In this document: positions 1 through 8,538 of the stretch, piece after piece
Layout: every line of letters starts with the position of its first letter
Numbering within the stretch: the first letter of the stretch is position 1
Origin: Candidatus Uhrbacteria bacterium
Lineage (GTDB): Bacteria > Patescibacteriota > Patescibacteriia > GWA2-47-26
Direction: 5' to 3'
DNA length: 64,000 nt
Assembly (NCBI GenBank): GCA_016187515.1
Contig: JACPJN010000009.1
Location: 4,891 to 68,890, forward strand
Program-made: the position numbers and the translations under genes
The notes under the pieces: generated by a model
What the model was told of the DNA's origin: nothing
Databases searched by the model: none
Seen by the model: only the letters and a program-made list of their open reading frames with translations

Positions 1-50
1 CATTTTCCAGAGGCGCGCACCATTTCGCGCAAAGCGGACTTCGCCACGGA

Positions 51-839
51 GTGGGGAATCCTTATCGATTCGCGGCCGCCGCGCGTTTGCCGAAATTATA
101 CGCCTGGCTTGGCGGATTCGGATTTTTAGGACTCGGCTTGCTCGTGTATTGGTTATTTTTTTCGCCCGCGTTTCAGGTCCGGAAAATCTCGCTTCAGGCC
201 GGCCTTTCCTTGCCCCAAGCGACGCTTACGGCCCTTGTCAAGGAGCAACTCCAGCAATTCCGCCTGCGCATTTTTCCCCAGCACAACATTTTCGCGCTGG
301 ATACTTTCGCGCTGGGGCAGCGTCTAAAGCAAGCGTTTATTGTTGAGCAGGTCTTTATAAAAAAAGATCGTCCTGATACTGTACAAGTGCGGATTACGGA
401 AAAACCCCGCAGCGCGATTTGGGTCAGCCGCGGTCAGGCGTATGCCTTGGACTCCCAAGGACTGACGATTGGCCGGACCCGCCTCCCTCCCGCGCCAGGC
501 GATGAACTGGTGATTTATGACAGCAGTGGGGGAGCGGTGGGGAATAATTCACCGGCGCTCACGGCGGCGCATTTGGCGTTTCTTGCCCGTCTGGTTCAGA
601 ATGTGCAGATTCAAACCCTTGGCCCGCGCTTCTTTATAATCGAGCGGCCGCAAGCGACGGAAGTAACCCTAAAGGTCAAGGAGGGCTGGCAAATCCATTT
701 TAATATGGATAACGCGCTGGAGGAACAGCTTGGCAATCTGGAGCTTACCCTGCGCAATACCGTAGCGCCGGACAAGCGCGCCGCGCTGGATTATATTGAT
801 CTGCGTTTTGGCGAACGCGTATACGTTAAATATCGCTAA
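51..839 (+). CDS. ftsQ: FtsQ/DivIB-like cell division protein (frame is open back to the window start, so the true start may lie upstream)
   Basis: Single TM helix, POTRA-like segment, C-terminal DYIDLRFGERVY motif. Confidence 0.75.
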   Translation: MGNPYRFAAAARLPKLYAWLGGFGFLGLGLLVYWLFFSPAFQVRKISLQAGLSLPQATLTALVKEQLQQFRLRIFPQHNIFALDTFALGQRLKQAFIVEQVFIKKDRPDTVQVRITEKPRSAIWVSRGQAYALDSQGLTIGRTRLPPAPGDELVIYDSSGGAVGNNSPALTAAHLAFLARLVQNVQIQTLGPRFFIIERPQATEVTLKVKEGWQIHFNMDNALEEQLGNLELTLRNTVAPDKRAALDYIDLRFGERVYVKYR

Positions 840-885
840 TCCGACCCCTGCCCCTAGCGCGGGGGAGTTGTGGATAATAGGTACA

Positions 886-914
886 TTGACAATATATTCC
901 CAGCCGTATATTAT
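886..914 (+). promoter_or_regulatory. sigma70 promoter for the xer gene
   Basis: TTGACA(886-891)-17 bp-TATTAT(909-914). Confidence 0.65.
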
Positions 915-938
915 CGGTTAAGCGACATGCTACGCTGT

Positions 939-1901
939 ATGCAAAACTCCAATACCCCGCTTATCAAGCACATTCCCCGTTTTCTTGAGTACTGCGAAAT
1001 TGAGAAAGGATTGAGCCCGGTTTCAACGCGCAACTACGATAATTTCCTGCGCATGTTTACCGGCTGGCTGCGCGCTAAGAAGCAAGAAAGGATTAAGCCG
1101 CATGAATTGACCCCGGAACACATCTGGGACTACCGCCTTTACCTTTCTCGTAAGCAGGATGCGCGGGGCCGCTATATTAAAAAGACGACCCAGAACTACT
1201 ACCTGATTGCCCTGCGCAATCTATTGAGCTACTTTGCGGATAAAGATATCCAAGCCATCCCGACGGAAAAAATTAAATTGGCAAAACTTACCGACAAAGA
1301 TCGCGCGATAAAATTTCTTTCATTCGCGCAAATTGAAAAACTCATGTCCATGCCGAACACTGCCGCCCCGCAAGGGCTTCGCGACCGGGCAATTCTGGAG
1401 GTATTCTTTTCAACTGGAACGCGTATTGCCGAGCTAACGTCGCTTAATATCGCGCAATTCGATGCCAAAAATCTCGTGTCCGGCAGGCTCAAAGAACAGG
1501 AATTAAGTATTACCGGAAAAGGAGGACGCCTGCGGACAATATATTTTTCCGAGCGCGCGCTCCTCTGGCTTGGCAAATATATAAAAACGAGAAAAGATCT
1601 GTTCCCTCCCCTCTTTATCAATTATCGCCCGAATGAAGACGTAAACGCGCATCGCTTAACTCCCCGCTCAATCGAACGAATGGTAAAGCGCTATGCAAAC
1701 ATGGCTGGACTGCCGGTGTCGGCGACTCCGCATACGCTCCGGCATAGCTTTGCGACTGATCTTTTAAACCAAGGCGCGGATATGCGCGCGGTTCAAGAAC
1801 TGCTGGGGCATAAAAATATTATGACCACCCAGGTCTATACGCATCTGACTAACCCCAAGCTAAAAGAGATCCACAAAAAATTTCACAGTGGTAAGACATA
1901 G
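939..1901 (+). CDS. XerC/XerD-family tyrosine recombinase
   Basis: RDRAILE..TGTRIAEL, TPHTLRHSFAT, LLGH..TTQVY motifs; start placed at ATG 939, downstream of the promoter. Confidence 0.92.
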   Translation: MQNSNTPLIKHIPRFLEYCEIEKGLSPVSTRNYDNFLRMFTGWLRAKKQERIKPHELTPEHIWDYRLYLSRKQDARGRYIKKTTQNYYLIALRNLLSYFADKDIQAIPTEKIKLAKLTDKDRAIKFLSFAQIEKLMSMPNTAAPQGLRDRAILEVFFSTGTRIAELTSLNIAQFDAKNLVSGRLKEQELSITGKGGRLRTIYFSERALLWLGKYIKTRKDLFPPLFINYRPNEDVNAHRLTPRSIERMVKRYANMAGLPVSATPHTLRHSFATDLLNQGADMRAVQELLGHKNIMTTQVYTHLTNPKLKEIHKKFHSGKT

Positions 1902-1903
1902 CG

Positions 1904-3118
1904 CTAGGGCAAGTACCCCAGCGGGTTTACCGGCACCCCATTTAAGCGCGTTTCAAAATGAAGATGCGGGCCGGTTGACCAGCGTCCGGCCCCCGAGGTG
2001 CGCGGCGTGCCTCCGGAATGTCCAATCACGTCTCCGCGCGCCACAAAAGTATCCGGACGCACTGAAATTGAGGAGAGATGCATATAGACCGTTGAAAGCT
2101 GATTACCATGCACGAGCATTACGTAACTTGGCCGGATCCCCAGTCCGCCATTGAAAGCGGCGGCGACATATCCGGATGAGGCGGCCCGTACCGGAGTTCC
2201 TTGCGGAGTGCGGATGTCCACTCCGGCATGCTCAAAAAGATAGCGAAAAGGATAATCTGGATCGTGAAATTGCGCGCTGATTCCGCCCACCGGCGGAATT
2301 GGCCAAGAAATTACTCCAGTATCCCCGGCCAGCCGATCGGCCAGATCCAGGCGCTCGCGAATTTTCTTTTCAATCGTAACAATGTCGGAATCAATCGCGC
2401 TGGCCGCCGCGCGCAGCTGCTGGAGCAGCGTTTGAAATTCCCCTTCCGTGGCTTTGGTCTTTCCAAACAGGCCTTCTTTCGCCCGTTTTTCCTGCTCAAA
2501 AGTGGTTTGCAAAATCGCCAGGTTTTCCTTTTTGGCATTGGCCTCGTCGTACTTTTCCCGCAAATTTTCCCGATTGAGCGTAAGAATCTGCCGAATCGCT
2601 TGAATGGTACTTAATTTATCGCGAAGATGGGTAACCAGCCGCTCGCTAAAGTAAAGCTGATCCAGTACGCTTGAAAAAGACGGCTCGGTCAGCAGCACCT
2701 CCAGATAGCGGCGGTCATCATAGCGCTTAATTTCCCGCAGTCCGCGGGCAATCTCGGAAAGCGTATCATTTTGCCGCTTTTGCTCCGCTTCGATTTCCCG
2801 CGCGATCAAATCCGACTCCAATTTCAGCTGCTCGGCCTCCAGCTCCTTGGTGCGGATCTCCAGCTCCGCCTTGTTGATGTTCGCGTCAAGAATATGGATT
2901 TGATTCTTAAGCGAAGCGGACTTGCGCTGGGTTTCGCGGATCTTACGGTTATATTCCGCGATTTTTTGCTGTAATTCGCGCTGCGCTTGCTTCTTGGCCT
3001 GAATACTATCGTTCAAATCCAAAACCGAGCTTTGCCCATGCACGGGCAAAGCCGCGACCAATAACCAATAACTAATCACTAATAACCGGCTAAAGTTTTT
3101 TCGCCGATTCGATTGCAT
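1904..3118 (-). CDS. M23 peptidase with coiled-coil (EnvC/murein hydrolase activator-like)
   Basis: Signal peptide, long coiled coil, HAGVD and STGPHLHFE motifs. Confidence 0.88.
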   Translation of the reverse strand: MQSNRRKNFSRLLVISYWLLVAALPVHGQSSVLDLNDSIQAKKQAQRELQQKIAEYNRKIRETQRKSASLKNQIHILDANINKAELEIRTKELEAEQLKLESDLIAREIEAEQKRQNDTLSEIARGLREIKRYDDRRYLEVLLTEPSFSSVLDQLYFSERLVTHLRDKLSTIQAIRQILTLNRENLREKYDEANAKKENLAILQTTFEQEKRAKEGLFGKTKATEGEFQTLLQQLRAAASAIDSDIVTIEKKIRERLDLADRLAGDTGVISWPIPPVGGISAQFHDPDYPFRYLFEHAGVDIRTPQGTPVRAASSGYVAAAFNGGLGIRPSYVMLVHGNQLSTVYMHLSSISVRPDTFVARGDVIGHSGGTPRTSGAGRWSTGPHLHFETRLNGVPVNPLGYLP

Positions 3119-4868
3119 ATTGAATCCGCTTAAGCGTCTTTTCCTTACCCAAAATTGCGGCAATATCAAACGGCGTCGGGGAAGCGGCGCGGCCGGATAA
3201 GGCCACGCGGAGCGGCCACAGTATCTCCCCCACTCCCCTGCCCGCCTTTGTGATCCACGTCTTAATGTGCGCCTCAAGTGAGTTTGCATCCCACACACCA
3301 CCGTATTGCGTCAAGAATTCGCGCAATCCTTTCAGATTATTTGCGACATCTTTTTTGTCCATTTTTTTCCAAACCAGGATCATGGGATCATACTCCGGCT
3401 GATCCACGAAGAAATATTCAGTTGCCTCTACAATATCTGATAATTTTACCAAGCGCTCCTGCTCCAAAGCCGCAATTTGCCGCAACCATGAAAAATCAAC
3501 AACTTCACCAAGTTTAGAATTTTGAATTTGAAATTTCCTTGTAATTTGGGATTTGTAATTTTGAATTTCCCCAAGAAGCCCGGCCCCCATTAAGTACGGG
3601 ATGCATAATTGCACTAACTCATCCGCATTCCTCGCGCGTATATATTCTCCGTTCATCCAATCCAATTTTTCAAAATTAACCACTGCGCCGGATTTGTTGA
3701 CTTTCTTCAGATCAAACTCCGCGACCAGTTCGTCAAGCGTATAAAGTTCCTTATCCGCGCGCGGGTTCCAGCCGAGAAGTGCCACAAAATTAAGCAACGC
3801 TTCTGGTAAATACCCTTTTTTAATGTAGTCCTCTACCGCGACATCGCCTTGGCGTTTGGAAAGTTTGGAATGATCGGAATTGAGCAATAGCGGCAAATGT
3901 GCGAATTGCGGCGCCTTCCAGCCAAAGGCCTTGTAAAGCAGAACGTGTTTCGGGGTGGAGGGCAGCCATTCCTCGCCGCGAATTACATGGGTAATCTTCA
4001 TTAAATGGTCGTCCACGGCATTTGCTAAATGGTAAGTCGGAAAGCCATCCGATTTTAAAAGTACCTGGTCGTCAATCAGCGCATTTTCAAACTCAACTTC
4101 ACCGCGGATAATATCTTTAAATTTAGTACTCCCCTGCTCCGGCACTTTCAAACGAATCACATACCGACTGTGAACTGACGACTGTGAACTGACGACTGCG
4201 GTGCGACAATGTCCGTCATACCTCGGCGCTTCTTTGCGCGCCATCTGCTCCTGCCGCATCTGCTCCAAGCGTTCCGGGCTACACGTGCAAACATAAGCGC
4301 TCCTCTGCTCTACCAATTTCTGCGCGTACTTTTTATAAGTATCCAGCCGCGCCGACTGCACATACGGCCCGTAGTCACCGTGCTCCTCCAGAAGTAGACC
4401 CCCTCTAACTCCCCCTTCAAAAGGGGGAGAAACAATTTTTCCTCCCCTGCCCGAGGAATCTCTCCCCCTGCCTGAGGGGGAGATCAAGAGGGGGTGGGAG
4501 GGAGGGGTGGGAGCAAATACTCCTTCATCATAATCCAGACCACACCACTCCAATGTCCGAATAATACTCTCCACTCCCCCCTCCACCGCGCGTGCTCGAT
4601 CCGTGTCTTCAATGCGCAGCACAAAAGCGCCCCTGTGTTTGCGCGCAAACAAATAATTATAAAGCGCGGTACGCAATCCTCCGATATGCAAAAAACCGGT
4701 CGGAGACGGCGCAAACCGCACGCGCACCGGCAATCCCCCCTCCGACCGCGGTCGGAGGGGTTGGCCTGCCTGCGCAGACAGGGGTGCGGGCAAGGCCAAT
4801 CCCCCTCTCCCCGCGGGAGAGGGCTGGGGTGAGGGTAATTTTGACTTAAATTTCATTTCTGCTTTCAT
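3090..4868 (-). CDS. gltX: Glutamate-tRNA ligase with several in-frame repeat insertions
   Basis: RVRFAPSPTGFLHIGG, HVIRGEEW, KLSKR. Confidence 0.97.
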   Translation of the reverse strand: MKAEMKFKSKLPSPQPSPAGRGGLALPAPLSAQAGQPLRPRSEGGLPVRVRFAPSPTGFLHIGGLRTALYNYLFARKHRGAFVLRIEDTDRARAVEGGVESIIRTLEWCGLDYDEGVFAPTPPSHPLLISPSGRGRDSSGRGGKIVSPPFEGGVRGGLLLEEHGDYGPYVQSARLDTYKKYAQKLVEQRSAYVCTCSPERLEQMRQEQMARKEAPRYDGHCRTAVVSSQSSVHSRYVIRLKVPEQGSTKFKDIIRGEVEFENALIDDQVLLKSDGFPTYHLANAVDDHLMKITHVIRGEEWLPSTPKHVLLYKAFGWKAPQFAHLPLLLNSDHSKLSKRQGDVAVEDYIKKGYLPEALLNFVALLGWNPRADKELYTLDELVAEFDLKKVNKSGAVVNFEKLDWMNGEYIRARNADELVQLCIPYLMGAGLLGEIQNYKSQITRKFQIQNSKLGEVVDFSWLRQIAALEQERLVKLSDIVEATEYFFVDQPEYDPMILVWKKMDKKDVANNLKGLREFLTQYGGVWDANSLEAHIKTWITKAGRGVGEILWPLRVALSGRAASPTPFDIAAILGKEKTLKRIQYAIESAKKL

Positions 4869-4918
4869 GACTCAATTATAGCACAAATTCAGCAATTAAA
4901 ACACCCGTTTGGTTACCC

Positions 4919-4948
4919 TTGACTTATTCATCATGGCATCGATACGCT
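4919..4948 (+). promoter_or_regulatory. Putative promoter for the array and Nop-fold gene
   Basis: TTGACT-18 bp-TACGCT; the predicted start (~4955) coincides with the first array unit. Confidence 0.45.
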
Positions 4949-4954
4949 TTTCTA

Positions 4955-5114
4955 TCGGTGGACGAGTCTGAACATGTTCTCTTCGGGGAACGATCAGGGC
5001 CTTGTCCGCCGAGGATTTTTCGGTGCACGAATGAACCCGTGTCCGCAAGGACGATTGCAGAAATGTGCATCGAGTTACTTTGGGTGAGACGAGAGAGGCT
5101 GTGTCCGCAAGGAC
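4955..5114 (+). ncRNA. TIGR-like dual-spacer stem-loop array, upstream part (units 1-2 complete, unit 3 truncated)
   Basis: Stem-ACGA-N9-TGT-hairpin-ACGA-N9-TGT-stem. Spacers: GTCTGAACA/TCAGGGCCT; ATGAACCCG/TTGCAGAAA; GAGAGGCTG/none. Confidence 0.85.
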
Positions 5115-5155
5115 ACGCAACCGGTCCGTGAATCGGACCATCAAGGAGGTGCCTC

Positions 5156-6556
5156 ATGGGCACGACAGAGAGCGCGCCAAACCGGCGCATCGGAATTCGC
5201 CACCGCGTCAAGAAGACCGCGGAAGGCGAATCGCGACCAACGCAAGTCGCGATCATCCAGGGCGACGAAGTTCGCCCGTTTGATCTGGAGGACGAGGACG
5301 CGGAGCTGGATTTCGCGCTCGGCCGCTTCCCTACCGCCTTCCGGGCGGTCACGGCCGAGGACGACATCTCGGGGATCCCGCCGCACCACGTGAAGTGGTA
5401 CAAGCTGAAGAAGGACGAGCGCACCACCGGCCACATCCGCGTCGAGGGCAAGGAACGCTACATCGCCGTGAAGGTGCCGGCCGCCTACGATGGACTCCAG
5501 GCCGGCGACGTCGTGGCTATGACGCTCGGCGGCTCGGGCGACATCCTGGCCTACGCGCTCTCGCGGCGCGCCGGCGAAATCGGCGCCAAGGTCCTGCGCA
5601 TTCCGCCGTTTGTCCTCAAAGAGTACCGCGAGGGCGCGAAGGATGACGACGCGACAAACCTGGCCAAGCTCGTGGGCACGCGGCCGGAACTCTTCTACGA
5701 AACCGGCCGGCGCGACCGCGCACTCATCACGGTCGTCGAGTCCATGCGAGCGCGCACCGACGCCATGAAGGCGCGCATTGCCTGCGAACAGCGGCTGCGG
5801 CAGCACCTGATCGGTCAGGTGTTCTGCGAGCCGGAGGGACTCTACCCGGAAGGCGGCATTGAAAAGGCCTTTGAGCAGGCCAAGGCGAGCGACAATATTC
5901 TCATTGCGCTCACCCAGGAGGAGCAGGCGCGGGAGCGCGCGGTGGTCAAGGCGCTGGAGGCGCTTGATATCTACCGCGAGCTCTTCGTGCCGGTTACGGG
6001 CTGCGGCCCGATGATCGCAGCGCGGCTCATCTCGGCCATCCTGGACATCCGCCGCTTCAAGAGCAAGGCCAAGCTCAAGGCCTTTTGCGGCACGCACCTC
6101 ACGCGCGCCGAGGAGGGCGGAGAGCAACGCTTCGCGCGGCGGCGCGGCGGCCAAGTCGCGAACTGGAGCGGGGACGCGCGTCAGGCGCTCTACCTGCTCG
6201 GCGAACAGTGGAACCGGCGGCCGGACTCGGAATGGGGACAGAAACTCCTCGCGTACAAGCGGATGTTCCGCGTCGCGCACCCGGTCGAGGCGTGCAACAA
6301 GTGCGGGGTGCCCTGGGAGCAGTGTGTGAAGCAGAACCAGGACATCCTTGCCGATCCGCCGGACTACCTCAAGGAGTCCGTCCCGCCTGGCACGAAAGTG
6401 CTCGTCGGCAGGCACAGCAAGCGCTACACCGACGGCCACATCCATCGCATGGGGCTCTGGCGGACGCGCACCAAGTTCGTGGAGCGGCTCTGGAGCCGGT
6501 GGTGGGCGTTTGAGCGCAAGCGCCAGGCGGCCGAGGGCGACAAGGCCGCGGCCTAG
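5156..6556 (+). CDS. IS110/Nop-fold protein, Tas-like (degenerate RuvC-like domain + coiled coil + Nop domain)
   Basis: GCGPMIAARLISAILDIRRFKSKAKLKAFCG is the IS110 Tnp20/Nop helix-hairpin region; KDDDATNLA resembles IS110 KTDxxDA; AGGAGGT RBS; flanked by the dual-spacer array. Confidence 0.82.
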   Translation: MGTTESAPNRRIGIRHRVKKTAEGESRPTQVAIIQGDEVRPFDLEDEDAELDFALGRFPTAFRAVTAEDDISGIPPHHVKWYKLKKDERTTGHIRVEGKERYIAVKVPAAYDGLQAGDVVAMTLGGSGDILAYALSRRAGEIGAKVLRIPPFVLKEYREGAKDDDATNLAKLVGTRPELFYETGRRDRALITVVESMRARTDAMKARIACEQRLRQHLIGQVFCEPEGLYPEGGIEKAFEQAKASDNILIALTQEEQARERAVVKALEALDIYRELFVPVTGCGPMIAARLISAILDIRRFKSKAKLKAFCGTHLTRAEEGGEQRFARRRGGQVANWSGDARQALYLLGEQWNRRPDSEWGQKLLAYKRMFRVAHPVEACNKCGVPWEQCVKQNQDILADPPDYLKESVPPGTKVLVGRHSKRYTDGHIHRMGLWRTRTKFVERLWSRWWAFERKRQAAEGDKAAA

Positions 6557-6568
6557 CAAACACGAGTT

Positions 6569-7043
6569 TCGGCGGACGCGTCGTCGCATGTTCTCCCCAG
6601 AGAACGATGCAACGTTTGTCTGCCGATTCTCTCGGGTGAACGCAAGGGTTACACCTTCGTCTCACCCGCCTTTTTTACGGCGATTGAACATTGTCATCCC
6701 CGACCTGATCGGGGATCCGGAAATCAATCTTCGTAATGAGGGTACGAATGACAATGTGATCGCTCCGGCGATCGTGAGGATTGCTGTACCCTCAACTTTT
6801 TGGGTGGAACGAATGGGGCCCTGTCCGCAAGGACGAGAGGTATTTTGTTCCACCCGCTCTTTTTCGGCGGACGTAAGTTCCTGTGTTCTTTTAGGAGAAC
6901 GATTGTGGAGCTGTCCGCCGAGTCCTTTTCGGTGCACGAAGATGCCTCTGTCCGCAAGGACGTTTTACGACGTGTGCACCGAGTTTCTTTGGGTGAGACG
7001 ACCTTTTCGGTGTCCGCAGGGACGAACCGTGCCCTGTCTCCCC
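6569..7043 (+). ncRNA. TIGR-like dual-spacer stem-loop array, downstream part (units 4 and 6-10 complete, unit 5 degenerate)
   Basis: Spacer pairs: GTCGTCGCA/TGCAACGTT (6569-6626); ATGACAATG/GAGGATTGC (6737-6794); ATGGGGCCC/GAGGTATTT (6802-6855); AAGTTCCTG/TTGTGGAGC (6864-6921); AGATGCCTC/TTTACGACG (6929-6982); CCTTTTCGG/ACCGTGCCC (6991-7043). Confidence 0.88.
6693..6720. repeat. REP-like palindrome inside the array
   Basis: GTCATCCCCGACCTGATCGGGGATCCGG hairpin. Confidence 0.55.
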
Positions 7044-7045
7044 TC

Positions 7046-7085
7046 TCTGCCGCGCGGCTCATACCGCTCGGCAGATTTTTATTTT
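7046..7085 (+). terminator. Intrinsic terminator closing the array
   Basis: TCTGCCG-CGCGG...CCGC-TCGGCAGA hairpin followed by TTTTTATTTT. Confidence 0.75.
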
Positions 7086-7090
7086 ACGCA

Positions 7091-7123
7091 AAAAGTTCCA
7101 TAGTGGGAACTATGGAACTTTTT
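7091..7123. repeat. Dispersed palindrome family AAGTTCCATA(N5)AACTATGGAACTT
   Basis: Other copies near 31766, 41304, 51624, 52748, 53487 and 57127. Confidence 0.85.
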
Positions 7124-7286
7124 GGACTTTTGATCTTCTGACGTATGGGTGATCCGATGTGTAAGGCAATACTTCCTCACGATCTTGCAAAATTAAAAGG
7201 ACCCTACGTGTCCGCAGGTCAGCTCGGCGCGTTGGAGCTGATGTGCGGGTCAGTAGGGTCTTGCCTCTTTGGGAGCGTGCCGAAGA

Positions 7287-7427
7287 TCACCGCTGCTGTC
7301 CGGTCTTGTAGTTCCACTGGGGCCAGCGACCGTCCGCGAGACGACCGCCGACACAGCGATGCCACCCGGTGTAGCCGTCCCTGTTGTACTCGTACTCGTA
7401 ACGACCGAGCTTCTGCCATGCGGTCAT
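7287..7427 (-). CDS. Small orphan protein, 46 aa (MTAWQKLGRYEYEYNRDGYTGWHRCVGGRLADGRWPQWNYKTGQQR)
   Basis: GAGGGAG RBS; upstream promoter TTGACA-17-TATAGT at 7634-7606; too short for the ORF track. Confidence 0.5.
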   Translation of the reverse strand: MTAWQKLGRYEYEYNRDGYTGWHRCVGGRLADGRWPQWNYKTGQQR

Positions 7428-7619
7428 GGTGTCTTCTCCCTCGTTGTCCGGCTGGTTGGTTGATTTGCCGGCGGAAAACAGATGTTATGCATCTATCTTA
7501 CGTCGGTAAAACAAATCGGGCATTTTAAAAGAACATTAACACTTCGCACACCCCCTCTAACTCCCCCTCGGTAAGGGGGAGAAATTGCTTTACGTGAACA
7601 AACCCACTATAGCACATTT

Positions 7620-8405
7620 TCATCGTTTTGTCAAGTAGGAGCGGGCAATGAGCGCGGGAAACAGCACCACGGCGCGGTAAATGCGGACAATACGCCAGGG
7701 CTGAAGGAAGAGGCGCCAGAGCCATTCTAGGCCAAGCGCGCGAAGTAGGCGCGGGGCGCGGCGCACGCGGCCGGCAATAAAATCCAGCGCGCCGCCAACG
7801 CCCATGGCAATTTTGACGCTGGGCAGTTCCGCAAGATGGCTGGCAATCCATTTTTCTTGTTTGGGGTGGCCGAAGGCGACCAGTAAAATATCCGGCGCGA
7901 CATCACGAATACGTTTAATTACACCCTCACCCCCGCCCTCTCCCATCCCCGCACCAGAACAAGTTCGGTACGGGGCAGGCAAGGGAGAGGGAGTAAGTAA
8001 TACTCCGCTTTCCGCACCTACAATTTTTAATTTTACATTTTTAATTTTTAATTTCGCGGCCGCAGCGGCCGCAACCCCCTCCCCTGCTCCAAGCAAATAC
8101 ACCGAGTATCCTCCCGCAACCGCCAGCCGCGCAATGTCCCAAACGAAATCCGAACCCGCAATCCGCTCCTTAAACGGAAGGCGTAAAAACTTTGCGGCCA
8201 GCATTAACCCAAATCCATCCGGAAGCGCGAGCGAGGCGCGATTCAGTATATTACGAAATTCCGCGTCATTTTGAGCGGCAACAATAAACTCCGGATTCGG
8301 GGTCGTCAGGATATGTTGACCACCATCCTTAAGCAGGCGCTCCACCCGGATAATCGCCTGCTCCCGCGTTATAGTGTCCACTTTCACTCCAAGTATCAAA
8401 GGCAT
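7620..8405 (-). CDS. WecB/TagA/CpsF glycosyltransferase
   Basis: TPNPEF, LPDGFG, GHPKQEKWI, GLEWLWRL. Confidence 0.93.
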   Translation of the reverse strand: MPLILGVKVDTITREQAIIRVERLLKDGGQHILTTPNPEFIVAAQNDAEFRNILNRASLALPDGFGLMLAAKFLRLPFKERIAGSDFVWDIARLAVAGGYSVYLLGAGEGVAAAAAAKLKIKNVKLKIVGAESGVLLTPSPLPAPYRTCSGAGMGEGGGEGVIKRIRDVAPDILLVAFGHPKQEKWIASHLAELPSVKIAMGVGGALDFIAGRVRRAPRLLRALGLEWLWRLFLQPWRIVRIYRAVVLFPALIARSYLTKR

Positions 8406-8457
8406 AGTAATGCACATCCAATCTTCTCATATTTTGAGGAAATATGGTATACTGGTC

Positions 8458-8486
8458 TTGACATGGTTTCTAGCGTATTTTATAAT
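8458..8486 (+). promoter_or_regulatory. Consensus sigma70 promoter of clpB
   Basis: TTGACA-17 bp-TATAAT. Confidence 0.85.
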
Positions 8487-8489
8487 GAA

Positions 8490-8516
8490 TTAGCACTCTA
8501 TACATCCGACTGCTAA
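8490..8516 (+). promoter_or_regulatory. CIRCE element (HrcA operator)
   Basis: TTAGCACTC-N9-GACTGCTAA, one mismatch to consensus, upstream of a chaperone gene. Confidence 0.9.
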
Positions 8517-8538
8517 TCTTCTTTCCTCAACCCCCCTC

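Noticed and set aside
869-877. DnaA box / replication origin
   Set aside because: Single TGTGGATAA with no box cluster or unwinding region
939-1901. Prophage or island integrase
   Set aside because: Xer-like motifs in a housekeeping context with no phage genes
5147-5164. Possible self-target of unit 7 (rcB+A, AAATACCTCATGGGGCCC) at the effector start
   Set aside because: Only 12 of 18 positions match, in the less likely orientation; compatible with chance
5156-6556. Ordinary active IS110 transposase
   Set aside because: Catalytic D/E and SG motifs not evident, and there are many different guide units rather than one bridge RNA
5141-6589. 482-aa antisense ORF and the ORFs over the array (4896-5144, 4919-5131, 6348-7103, 6724-7062)
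   Set aside because: Shadow frames of a GC-rich gene and of the RNA array; their mutual similarity comes from the repeated scaffold
4955-7043. CRISPR array
   Set aside because: No identical 25-40 bp repeats with ~30-bp spacers and no cas genes; the units have paired 9-nt spacers inside stem-loops
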